A model generated the notes under the pieces. The model searched no databases. It saw nothing but the letters and a program-made list of their open reading frames with translations, and was not told where the DNA came from. From contig JBDRGM010000040.1 in the NCBI GenBank assembly GCA_043817815.1, positions 1 through 51,090 of the forward strand: a stretch of 51,090 bases of DNA. The letters are read 5' to 3'. The translations under genes and the position numbers were made by a program. Below, one piece after another: positions 18,097 to 26,167 of this stretch; the stretch's first letter is position 1, and the number at the start of each line of letters is the position of its first letter. Source of the DNA: an archaeon (GTDB lineage Archaea > Nanobdellota > Nanobdellia > Pacearchaeales > GW2011-AR1).

Positions 18097-18238
18097 CCCT
18101 CCGTAGCTCAGTGGTTAGAGCGCCTGGCTGTAGATTATCTAAGGTGGAGATTCAATCATGATTACGATGAAGCCCCAAAAGCCAGCTCGGTTGCATGCAG
18201 TACCCGGGAGATCCCCAGTTCGAATCTGGGCGGGGGGA
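18097..18238 (+). tRNA. tRNA-Tyr (GTA), intron-containing
   Basis: Acceptor CCCTCCG/CGGGGGG with C1-G72 and A73 (archaeal Tyr identity set). D arm GCTC-AGTGGTTA-GAGC, anticodon stem CCTGG/CCGGG, loop CTGTAG...C, variable AGATC, T arm CCCAG-TTCGAAT-CTGGG. Mature length is 73 nt after removing 69 nt. Confidence 0.85.
18134..18202 (+). other. tRNA-Tyr intron (69 nt) at the canonical 37/38 position
   Basis: Anticodon-loop bases CTGT(A) pair with TGCAG (18196-18200), leaving a 3-nt TAC bulge beside the anticodon stem and AGA on the other strand. This resembles a bulge-helix-bulge. The exact splice sites are inferred. Confidence 0.6.
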
Positions 18239-18243
18239 TTGGT

Positions 18244-18260
18244 GGGAGCCTTGTGCTCCC
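18244..18260 (+). terminator. Hairpin GGGAGC-CTTGT-GCTCCC followed by TTTTGTG, just after tRNA-Tyr
   Basis: Perfect 6-bp stem read directly, with a T-run after it. Confidence 0.4.
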
Positions 18261-18342
18261 TTTTGTGTAGGTTTGAGAAATTCAAGAAGTTTTTCATGAG
18301 GAATTGAGAATAAAATAAATAATGACAAGTTGGTGAAGAGTT

Positions 18343-18352
18343 GGGGGATTGG
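18343..18352 (+). repeat. Direct repeat GGGGGATTGG, identical to the tRNA-Tyr 3' junction (18233-18242)
   Basis: Exact 10-mer read directly. G-rich in AT-rich DNA. Confidence 0.7.
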
Positions 18353-18457
18353 AATTTGTATTTACTGAATTGTATGAGGAGGTATAGTTGAAAGAAAACT
18401 TAATGCTGTTCCTTCGTGGAAATTTTCCGATTCTATAAAAAAAGAACATAGGATTAA

Positions 18458-19210
18458 ATGAGCAGTATTTTCCTTAAAATGATAAAAAAGAAATGTATTG
18501 TTTGCGAAAAAGAATTTGAAACTAAATATAGTTCTCAAAAGCATTGTAGTAGTAGGTGTAGAAATAAATTATATTATCAGAGAAAAGGAAAAAAAGTTCT
18601 TAGAAGATATTATGAAAAAAATAAAGACAAGATAAGAATTAGAAAGAGAGAATGGGGAAGAGAATATAGAAAAAAACCAGAAGTAAAATTAAAAAAAAGA
18701 TTACTAGCGAAAAAATATTCTGAAAAATATCCTGAAAAGATTAAAGCTCGTAAAGAGAAATATATGTCTTCTGAAAAAGGAAAGGAAACTATTTATAAAT
18801 ATAATAGGTCAAAATCAAGAAAGACAAGTTCAAAAAGATATGAACAATCTGATAAAGGAAAATCCTGTGTGAAAAAATATTTGAATTCAGGGAAAGGGAA
18901 AGCAACTAAAAAAAAATACTATCAAACTGAAACTTATGGGAAAAATAGAAGACATGGGGTTAGGAAATACAGAGCAAAAAAAAGAAAATTAATTCATAGT
19001 TTTACAAAAAAAGAATGGGAAAAATTATTAAAATTAACAAAGGGTATATGTCCTAGATGTAATAAATTTGTTGGAATTGATAAAATGGAGTTAGATCATA
19101 TTGTTCCAATATCAAAAGTAATTGAAGGATTTGTTTATAATATTAAGGATGTTCAACCTCTATGTATGCCCTGCAATCGTTCTAAAGGGGCTAGAATTAA
19201 AGCTCTATAA
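18458..19210 (+). CDS. HNH endonuclease with N-terminal Cys-rich zinc finger and Lys/Tyr-rich repeat region
   Basis: C-terminal ELDHIVPISK...QPLCMPCNRSKG (HNH). N-terminal CIVCEK...HCSSRCRN. Repeated (S/D)xKGK...KKY units in the middle. Alternative start at ATG 18479. Confidence 0.8.
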   Translation: MSSIFLKMIKKKCIVCEKEFETKYSSQKHCSSRCRNKLYYQRKGKKVLRRYYEKNKDKIRIRKREWGREYRKKPEVKLKKRLLAKKYSEKYPEKIKARKEKYMSSEKGKETIYKYNRSKSRKTSSKRYEQSDKGKSCVKKYLNSGKGKATKKKYYQTETYGKNRRHGVRKYRAKKRKLIHSFTKKEWEKLLKLTKGICPRCNKFVGIDKMELDHIVPISKVIEGFVYNIKDVQPLCMPCNRSKGARIKAL

Positions 19211-19260
19211 TTTTTTTCTTGATTCTGTGTTGTAAATAACACTTTTAATTGATTCTTGAA

Positions 19261-19268
19261 GGGGGATT
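19261..19268 (+). repeat. Third copy (GGGGGATT) of the tRNA-Tyr 3' junction repeat
   Basis: Exact 8-mer read directly, 50 nt after the HNH stop. Confidence 0.55.
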
Positions 19269-19273
19269 CTTAT

Positions 19274-20659
19274 TCAATATCCCTCTTCCCTTTTATCAGC
19301 TTTTTGTTCTGATAAGAAGAATGCTTTGTTAGATTCTGTTTCTTTGATTTCACCCTCTTTTTCGTAGATTGCTGTTGCTGATGGGAGTGCGAATTTTCCA
19401 AGGACTCCGACTTTGGAATAGATTATGTATGACAAGACTCGTGTTTCACCTGCTTCGAGTTTTTCAAAGTTCCATTCAATGCGTCGTGTTTTTTCATTTA
19501 TTCTTGAAGGTAATTCACTTCCGAATTTTTGATGGATTTTTACCAATAGAGGTAATCTATCTATTATGTTTATTCTTTCAATGTAGTTTTTAGCATTTAC
19601 AAAGATTGAAACTTTTAGTGCAAATTCTCCTCCTTTTGTTCTAACAAATGAAACCCTTTTTCTTAAGACTAAATCTGAACCAGAATATCTTTTTACTAAG
19701 ATGACTATTGAGATAATTAATGCGATTGCGAGTAGTGGGAAGAGCCAGTTTGTTCTGACTGTGATTTCAAGTGATTCGCCTGGGTTGATTGTTTTGCTCC
19801 AGGTGTAGTGTATTGTTGTTCCATCTCTTTGCACAATGTCTGGCTCTGGGCTAAAACTGGTGAATAATCTTGAAATAATATTTTTATTTATTATTGTTTC
19901 TGATTTTGTTAAGGTGTTTCCTTCATTTATTTTTTTTATTATCTGTGTGCTAATTACAAACCCATAATCCTTTTTTGTGGTTGTTAGTAAATCTTTTTCA
20001 CTGAATTCGATTGTTCCCTGTATTTCTGTTTGTTGATTTTCTGTATCTATCTTTGTGGTTAATGTATAAAATCCTGCCATCATTTTTTTAAAACTTTCTT
20101 GGTCAAGTTTTATATTAAATATTTTTTTTTCATAAGGAGCTAGGTCAAATGTTTCTTCTAAATTGAAAAATGTTGATGAGAATTTTACATTCAAATCTTT
20201 GAAGTCAAAGTTGACTTTGTTAAGAAGATAGATATTTATTGAATTTGAGTCTGGATTTATTTCTGCAGAGCCTGTTTCAAATGCATCTTTTAATTCTATT
20301 ATTTGAAATGTCAGTGATTTTTTTACTTCTGAATCGTCGTTAGCTCTTATGAAATAACTGAAAGTGTAAGCACCTCTTTGGTTTAACTTATTTATTGGAG
20401 AAATTTCTAGTTTGACATCCTTTGTCTGACCTTCTGCTATTGAGATTGTGCCAACAGGGAACATATTGAATCCTAGTAGATTATAAAATTTAAAACTACT
20501 TGATTGATCTAAGTTTTTTATTTTAAGATCAAATGAAGTTGTTTGGTCTAATCCAACAATCATGACTTCATTTGCGCTTTGTTTTTCAACTTTTAGATTA
20601 ATTGCTAGGATTGATGGTAAGAATAATAGTATTAATACTAATGTGAATAGTTTTTTCAT
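19274..20659 (-). CDS. Secreted/membrane protein with beta-rich ectodomain (COG1470-like?)
   Basis: Signal peptide MKKLFTLVLILLFLPSILA, an internal TM helix (LFPLLAIALIISIVILV) and a C-terminal domain with LEAGETRVLSYIIYSK. The family assignment is tentative. Confidence 0.55.
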   Translation of the reverse strand: MKKLFTLVLILLFLPSILAINLKVEKQSANEVMIVGLDQTTSFDLKIKNLDQSSSFKFYNLLGFNMFPVGTISIAEGQTKDVKLEISPINKLNQRGAYTFSYFIRANDDSEVKKSLTFQIIELKDAFETGSAEINPDSNSINIYLLNKVNFDFKDLNVKFSSTFFNLEETFDLAPYEKKIFNIKLDQESFKKMMAGFYTLTTKIDTENQQTEIQGTIEFSEKDLLTTTKKDYGFVISTQIIKKINEGNTLTKSETIINKNIISRLFTSFSPEPDIVQRDGTTIHYTWSKTINPGESLEITVRTNWLFPLLAIALIISIVILVKRYSGSDLVLRKRVSFVRTKGGEFALKVSIFVNAKNYIERINIIDRLPLLVKIHQKFGSELPSRINEKTRRIEWNFEKLEAGETRVLSYIIYSKVGVLGKFALPSATAIYEKEGEIKETESNKAFFLSEQKADKREEGY

Positions 20660-20711
20660 GTGAAAAGTAAATGTAATTGATATTTAAGGATTTTGGTGGT
20701 GAATTTGTCGT

Positions 20712-21212
20712 CTAATGTTTACCCTCTAAATCTAAATAAGCCTTAACCTGTGCTGAGAATTTATCACATTCTACGAATAAGTCTGTTTCATATTGTTCAA
20801 TCCTTGAAGGGATAATCCATTTTTCATAAATTCCTCTAGAGAATTTTTGCCAAGCTGATTTTTCAAACCTACCATTATAATCTCTTATTAAGTTTCCTTT
20901 AATTGCTACTTTTATTTTTCCACTATTTGTCTTTATCTTTTTTCCGTCTTTATTTATTTCAATTTCTTTTAAGTTTTCAACTACAAATTTGATTTCAATT
21001 TCAAACTTGAAATAATCTGTTATTTTTCTATCTGCTATCCAGTCTATTTCTAGTCTTTTTGAGTCACCTTGTAATTTTTCCTTGTATTTTTTTTCAGCAA
21101 CATCTAATCCTGCTTCTTCTGTGAGATATTCATAGCTGAATTCGTAGAAATCGGAGAATTTAGAAATTCCCGTATAACTCATTTTACCTTTGAATATTGT
21201 TTCTTTTTCCAT
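20712..21212 (-). CDS. Hypothetical protein (166 aa)
   Basis: The track ORF extends to 21371, but its first 53 codons read like translated AT-rich spacer. Start taken at MEKETIF (21212). Confidence 0.5.
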   Translation of the reverse strand: MEKETIFKGKMSYTGISKFSDFYEFSYEYLTEEAGLDVAEKKYKEKLQGDSKRLEIDWIADRKITDYFKFEIEIKFVVENLKEIEINKDGKKIKTNSGKIKVAIKGNLIRDYNGRFEKSAWQKFSRGIYEKWIIPSRIEQYETDLFVECDKFSAQVKAYLDLEGKH

Positions 21213-21352
21213 TTTGTTCACTCTTTTTAATAAGAGGATGGAATGGTTTAAATAAGTTACGTTCACTTTATTAATAATTAATTGAAGTTGATATTGAAGA
21301 CGTATTGGTTTAATAATTAGTAATTGGGAAGATAGAATATTAAGATAATAAA

Positions 21353-21919
21353 TTAGGTTAGATTTTTGCAACCTTCACATAATAATCTTCCATCAATTTT
21401 TTCTAGGACATCTTGGTTACCACATTCTTCACACATTCCTTGATGGATAAAGTTTCTGTGTTTTGCTTTGTTTACTCTTTCTAGTTTTTTGGATTCTTCT
21501 CTTATTTGTGCGAATTCTTCTAATTCTGGGTAAAACTCTGGATTGAAATTTAGTATATCTTTGAAAGTGAGGATGCCTACAAATTGTCCTTTGTTAATTA
21601 CTGGAAGTTTTTCAAATTTTAATTTTTTCATTTTTGCTATGGCTTCTTCAATTGTGTTATGTGGTTTGATTGTTGCTATTTTTTTAGTAGAAATGTTAAT
21701 TGCTTTAATTTTTGAAAGTTCTTCTTTTTTTGGTTTTTTTATCATAGCCCATAAAATGTCCTTTTCAGAAATAAATCCTACAAGTTTGTTCTTTGTTACA
21801 AGAGGGAGGCTTCCAACTCTTTTTCTTACCATTTTTTTTGCGCATTCAAGCAGGTTTGTATCTGGTTTGGCAGTGATTGTGTCTCTTGTCATCACATCTG
21901 CAACTAAGATGTTCTCCAT
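21353..21919 (-). CDS. CBS-pair domain protein with C-terminal zinc ribbon
   Basis: VADVMTRDTITAKPDTNLLECAKKM and a second CBS repeat. C-terminal CEECGN...CEGC. Start taken at MENILVADVM (21919). Confidence 0.8.
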   Translation of the reverse strand: MENILVADVMTRDTITAKPDTNLLECAKKMVRKRVGSLPLVTKNKLVGFISEKDILWAMIKKPKKEELSKIKAINISTKKIATIKPHNTIEEAIAKMKKLKFEKLPVINKGQFVGILTFKDILNFNPEFYPELEEFAQIREESKKLERVNKAKHRNFIHQGMCEECGNQDVLEKIDGRLLCEGCKNLT

Positions 21920-22008
21920 GTTTCTATTGAGAAAACCTAACTTATAAATTTTGCGAACATATAGTTCAGCACAATAAATTTTAAATACAGAGAATTGGAG
22001 AGTGTTGT

Positions 22009-23616
22009 ATGACAGACAAGCCACTTGTGTTAATGCCTGAAGACGTGCAAAGGATTTTGGGAAAAGATGCGCAGAGAAATAATATAATGGCTGCTAAAAT
22101 GGTTGCAGATATTGTGAAGACGACGCTTGGTCCTAAGGGAATGGATAAGATGTTGGTTTCTCCAACTAATGATATTATTGTTACAAATGATGGTGTCACG
22201 ATTTTAGATGAGATGCAAATTGAGCATCCTGCTGCAAAGATGATTGTTGAGATTGCAAAGACACAGGAAAGTGAGGTTGGTGATGGGACTACGACTGCGG
22301 TTATGATTGCGGGTAAACTTTTGGAAAATGCAGAGAGACTTTTAGATAAAAAGATTCATCCGACTGTGATTGCGAGAGGTTATGGACTTGCAGCTGAGAA
22401 GGCGCAGGAAATTTTAAATGATATTGCGTTGAAGATAACTGCTGATGATGAGGATGTTTTGAGGCAGATTGCGATGACTGCTATGACTGGTAAGGGTGCA
22501 GAAGGTGCAAAGATTATGCTTGCAGAGATTATTGTTAGGGCTGTAAAGCAAATTGAAGATAATGGTAAGATTGATTTGAATGATATTAAGATAGAGAAAT
22601 CAAAAGGTGATGGTATTAAAAATACTGAATTGATTGCTGGAATTGTTTTAGATAAAGAAAAAGTTTCAAGTGATATGCCTTCTGTCGTTGATAATGCTCG
22701 GATTGCTTTGATTGATTTCCCTCTTGAGATTAAAAATCCTGAGATTGATACAAAGGTTTCAATTTCCTCACCTGACCAGTTACAGAATTTTATTGAACAG
22801 GAAGAGAGAACAATTAAGGAGATGGTTGAAAAAGTTAAAATGTCTGGAGCGAATGTTATTTTTTGTCAGAAGGGTGTTGATGATTTTGCGCAGTATTTGT
22901 TGTCGAAAGAGAGAATTTATGTTTGTAGGAGAGTTGCGAAAAGTGACTTGGAAAAAATAGCTAAGGCAACAGGAGGAAAAATTGTTAGTAATTTGAGTGA
23001 GCTTGGTTCAGGACAGTTAGGGAATGCGCAGGTTGTTGAGGAGGTTAAGAGAGGAGATGATGCATTGACTTATATTCGTGGTTGTCAGAATCCTAAGGCA
23101 GTTACTATTTTGATTCATGGTGGGACAGAGCATGTTATTGATGAAGTTGAGAGAGCTGTTAAAGATGGTTTGGGGGATGTTAAAGCGTCATTGAAAAATG
23201 GGTTGATTGTTCCAGGGGGTGGTGCAGTTGAGATTGAACTTGCAATGAGGTTGAGGCATTTTGGCCAGACACTTAGTGGAAGAGAGCAGTTGGCTGTTGA
23301 AGAGTTTGCATCTGCGTTGGAGTTTATACCTACGACACTTGCAGAAAATGCAGGAATGGACCCAATAGATGTTTTGACAGAGTTGAAATCAATGCATGAT
23401 TCTGGGAATAGGAATGCTGGTTTGAATTTGTTTAATAATAAAGTTGAGAATGTTTTAGAGGCGAGAATAATTGAGCCATTGAAAATAAAGACACAGGCGA
23501 TTAGTTCTGCTTCTGATGTTGCTATGATGATTTTGAGAATTGATGATGTTATTGCTTCTTCTGGAAAACAAGGGGGAATGCCGTCGATGTCACAGGGTAT
23601 GGGAGGGATGTATTAG
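22009..23616 (+). CDS. ths: Thermosome subunit (group II chaperonin)
   Basis: [38 protein letters not shown] and a C-terminal GGMPSM...GMGGMY tail. Confidence 0.95.
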   Translation: MTDKPLVLMPEDVQRILGKDAQRNNIMAAKMVADIVKTTLGPKGMDKMLVSPTNDIIVTNDGVTILDEMQIEHPAAKMIVEIAKTQESEVGDGTTTAVMIAGKLLENAERLLDKKIHPTVIARGYGLAAEKAQEILNDIALKITADDEDVLRQIAMTAMTGKGAEGAKIMLAEIIVRAVKQIEDNGKIDLNDIKIEKSKGDGIKNTELIAGIVLDKEKVSSDMPSVVDNARIALIDFPLEIKNPEIDTKVSISSPDQLQNFIEQEERTIKEMVEKVKMSGANVIFCQKGVDDFAQYLLSKERIYVCRRVAKSDLEKIAKATGGKIVSNLSELGSGQLGNAQVVEEVKRGDDALTYIRGCQNPKAVTILIHGGTEHVIDEVERAVKDGLGDVKASLKNGLIVPGGGAVEIELAMRLRHFGQTLSGREQLAVEEFASALEFIPTTLAENAGMDPIDVLTELKSMHDSGNRNAGLNLFNNKVENVLEARIIEPLKIKTQAISSASDVAMMILRIDDVIASSGKQGGMPSMSQGMGGMY

Positions 23617-23665
23617 GAAAGTTTAAATAATAAATTTTATTAACTCTTAATCTTCTTTTTTGTCT

Positions 23666-24769
23666 ATGTATTTTCATATTATTTTAACAGAAAGGTGCAA
23701 TTCTCAATGTAGATATTGTTATGAGAAATCAATGAATGAATTTGATAATGGTTTGTCTGAAAAGTGGGAATATGATATGGGTTCGCCTATTGATTCAAAT
23801 ATTGATGTTGGGGCTTTGAAAAAATTTCTTTTGCAGGATGAAAAACCTGTTGTGATTTTTTATGGGGGAGAACCATTAATGCAAATGAAAAAAATGTTTG
23901 AGATAATGGATAATATTAATGTAAGGTTTTGTATGCAGACAAATGGGAAACTTCTTAATAAAATTCCTGAAATATACTTAAGAAAATTTTCAAAGATTCT
24001 TGTTTCAATTGACGGAGATAAAGAGAGAACTGATTTTAATCGAGGAGAAGGAACTTATGATGTTGTTTTAAAGAATGTTGGTTTGGTTCGTGAGAGAGGA
24101 TTTAATGGAGAGATTGTTGCTCGTATGACAATTTCTTTTCCAGATATTTTTGAACAAGTTAAGCATCTTTCTGACTTGAATATTTTTGATTCGTTTCACT
24201 GGCAACTTGATGCAGGTTTTTATAAAAATGATTTTGATGAAAAAAAGTTTGAGGAGTTTGTAAGAGACTATAATTGTTCAATTTCAAAATTGATTGATTA
24301 TTGGACTGAAGAGATGAAGAAAGGTAATGTGGTTAGGTTTTATCCTTTTGTTGGAATAGTTGAGTCTTTGATTAAGGATGAGCCTACGAAACTTAGGTGT
24401 GGTTCTGGTTATGCAAATTATACAATTACTACAAGTGGAAAGATTTCTGCTTGTCCTATTGTAAATAATGTTAAAGAGTTTTATTGTGGAGATTTGGGTT
24501 CAAATATTTCTGAGTTAAAAGAATTTTTTGTTGGAGAACCATGTGTTTCTTGTGGGGGTTTTAAAATTTGCGGGGGGAGATGCTTATATTCTAATTATGC
24601 GAAGTTATGGTCAGAAGAAGGTGAAGAGATGCTTTGCAAGACTGTTAAATATTTAATTGATGAATTGAAAAATGTTTTGCCTGAAATAAAAAAGCTTATT
24701 AGCGAGGGTAAAATTAAAGAGAGTGATTTTGAATATGAGAAATATTTTGGACCTGAAATTATTCCTTAA
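23666..24769 (+). CDS. Radical SAM enzyme with SPASM domain (putative peptide/protein-modifying maturase)
   Basis: CNSQCRYC (CxxxCxxC) near the N-terminus. C-terminal CVSCGGFKICGGRC (Cx2Cx5Cx3C). The track ORF opens at a TTG (23660). Confidence 0.85.
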   Translation: MYFHIILTERCNSQCRYCYEKSMNEFDNGLSEKWEYDMGSPIDSNIDVGALKKFLLQDEKPVVIFYGGEPLMQMKKMFEIMDNINVRFCMQTNGKLLNKIPEIYLRKFSKILVSIDGDKERTDFNRGEGTYDVVLKNVGLVRERGFNGEIVARMTISFPDIFEQVKHLSDLNIFDSFHWQLDAGFYKNDFDEKKFEEFVRDYNCSISKLIDYWTEEMKKGNVVRFYPFVGIVESLIKDEPTKLRCGSGYANYTITTSGKISACPIVNNVKEFYCGDLGSNISELKEFFVGEPCVSCGGFKICGGRCLYSNYAKLWSEEGEEMLCKTVKYLIDELKNVLPEIKKLISEGKIKESDFEYEKYFGPEIIP

Positions 24770-25620
24770 TTTAATACTCCATAAAGTACACAACCTACTA
24801 TTATTGCTGTTGCTAAAATGTTTTTCCAGCTTATTTTTTCTTTTAGGAATTTCCATGCAAAGAAGAAGACAAAGACCGGTGCGAGCATTAAGAGAAGTGT
24901 TGTGAAGATTACACCGAGTTGTATATATCCGTAGTAAACAATGATTCTGTATAATACCCAGAGTGCGCCTATTAGGAATATTTGGAGTGATGTTTTTTTG
25001 TTAAGTTTTGTTAGTTTAGGTTTGAATATGGCGAAGCTGATGAGGAAGATAATAAGACATCTTAGGAAATAGAAACTTATTGGCGAATAGTAATCTAAAA
25101 TTAATTTTGTTGTTACTAGTTCAAGGGCGAAGAGAAAGCTTGCTATGAGAGCAAGTAAAAAATATTTGCTGAAAATTATGTGGTGCTTTTTTATGTGTGA
25201 GAAGACAAGTGCAGAGCCTGCTATTAATGCAGGGATTATTATTTTTAGATTTCTCTCAAATAATGCTTCGCCGAAGATATAACTGAAAATAATTGCAAGT
25301 AGTATTACGAAAATTGGTTCAAGGACTATTGCAGGTTCTATGTTACTTACTTTTTCTTTTTTCATTGAATAGAAGAGTGCAAAATTTGCAAACATTGAAA
25401 ATAAAATCATAAGGGCGAATATTAAGATATTTTTTAATTCAAATGCCTGAGAGTCTAATCTCCAAAAGAAATAAAGAAGAGGAATCATTGTGATGACTGC
25501 TCCTAGAAACGCAGAAGTGTGGAATAATTTTACATTAATTTTCTTTTTTGTAAGAGCAAGTTTTGACATAATTGTTCCTGATGCTAATGCCAATGCTCCT
25601 AATATTGGAAAATAAACCAT
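24766..25620 (-). CDS. EamA/DMT-family transporter
   Basis: Ten hydrophobic helices arranged as two EamA-like halves. Confidence 0.75.
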   Translation of the reverse strand: MVYFPILGALALASGTIMSKLALTKKKINVKLFHTSAFLGAVITMIPLLYFFWRLDSQAFELKNILIFALMILFSMFANFALFYSMKKEKVSNIEPAIVLEPIFVILLAIIFSYIFGEALFERNLKIIIPALIAGSALVFSHIKKHHIIFSKYFLLALIASFLFALELVTTKLILDYYSPISFYFLRCLIIFLISFAIFKPKLTKLNKKTSLQIFLIGALWVLYRIIVYYGYIQLGVIFTTLLLMLAPVFVFFFAWKFLKEKISWKNILATAIIVGCVLYGVLN

Positions 25621-25711
25621 GTTCCTCTTTTAAAAAATGAGTGAATTAGCGTTTAAAAGATTTGGGATAGAGTATAATTAATTTTTTAAAGCATAATATA
25701 TTAATTTTGAT

Positions 25712-25888
25712 ATGGAAGAGAAAGATAAGAGGATAAGATTAGAAGACCTTAATCTAGGAGTTGAGACTATGAAAATGGAGCCTATTGACAAGGGGATTGT
25801 GAGATATCTAAAGAGATTGGATAAAAAATATGATAAGGTTGTAAGGGAAGGTGAGAAATATCTTAAGGATTGTGAGTTGAGATATTGA
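25712..25888 (+). CDS. Possible 58-aa protein (MEEKDKRIRLEDLNLGVETMKMEPIDKGIVRYLKRLDKKYDKVVREGEKYLKDCELRY)
   Basis: Below the ORF-track cutoff; found by reading. No family recognised. Confidence 0.25.
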   Translation: MEEKDKRIRLEDLNLGVETMKMEPIDKGIVRYLKRLDKKYDKVVREGEKYLKDCELRY

Positions 25889-25897
25889 TTTAATTAA

Positions 25898-25908
25898 TTT
25901 TTTAAATC
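25898..25908 (+). promoter_or_regulatory. Putative TATA box (TTTAAAT) for tRNA-Gly
   Basis: Centred about 26 nt upstream of tRNA position 1. Confidence 0.3.
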
Positions 25909-25929
25909 AATTATTCTACTTAGTTATGT

Positions 25930-26000
25930 GCGTGAGTAGTATAGTGGTAGTATCGGACGTTGCCAACGTTCTGACCCGGGTTCGACCCCCGGCTCGCGCA
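25930..26000 (+). tRNA. tRNA-Gly (GCC)
   Basis: Acceptor GCGTGAG/CTCGCGC, anticodon arm GGACG-TTGCCAA-CGTTC, T arm CCGGG-TTCGACC-CCCGG, discriminator A. Confidence 0.9.
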
Positions 26001-26016
26001 TTTTGATTATAGAAAC

Positions 26017-26026
26017 CTTTTTAATT
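26017..26026 (+). promoter_or_regulatory. Putative TATA box (CTTTTTAATT) for tRNA-Val
   Basis: Centred about 26 nt upstream of tRNA position 1. Confidence 0.3.
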
Positions 26027-26047
26027 GGAAATGATGGTATTAGATTA

Positions 26048-26119
26048 GGTCCCATAGTCCAACGGCTAAGACGGCTCGTTTACACCGAGTAGACCCAGGT
26101 CCGACTCCTGGTGGGACCA
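26048..26119 (+). tRNA. tRNA-Val (TAC)
   Basis: Acceptor GGTCCCA/TGGGACC, D arm GTCC-AACGGCTA-AGAC, anticodon arm GCTCG-TTTACAC-CGAGT, T arm CCAGG-TCCGACT-CCTGG, discriminator A. Confidence 0.9.
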
Positions 26120-26167
26120 TATTTTTTAATTCGTAAACTTTATAAGTAATGTATTCCTTCTCGAGTT

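Noticed and set aside
18134-18202. C/D box sRNA embedded in the tRNA-Tyr intron
   Set aside because: There is a C-box-like CGATGAA, but no D box (CTGA) or C'/D' pair in the intron.
21213-21371. N-terminal extensions of the 20712 ORF and of the 21353 ORF (21920-22024)
   Set aside because: The extended parts translate to low-complexity Leu/Ile/Asn/Gln-rich strings typical of spacer, and overlap neighbouring genes or promoters. The internal ATGs give sensible N-termini.
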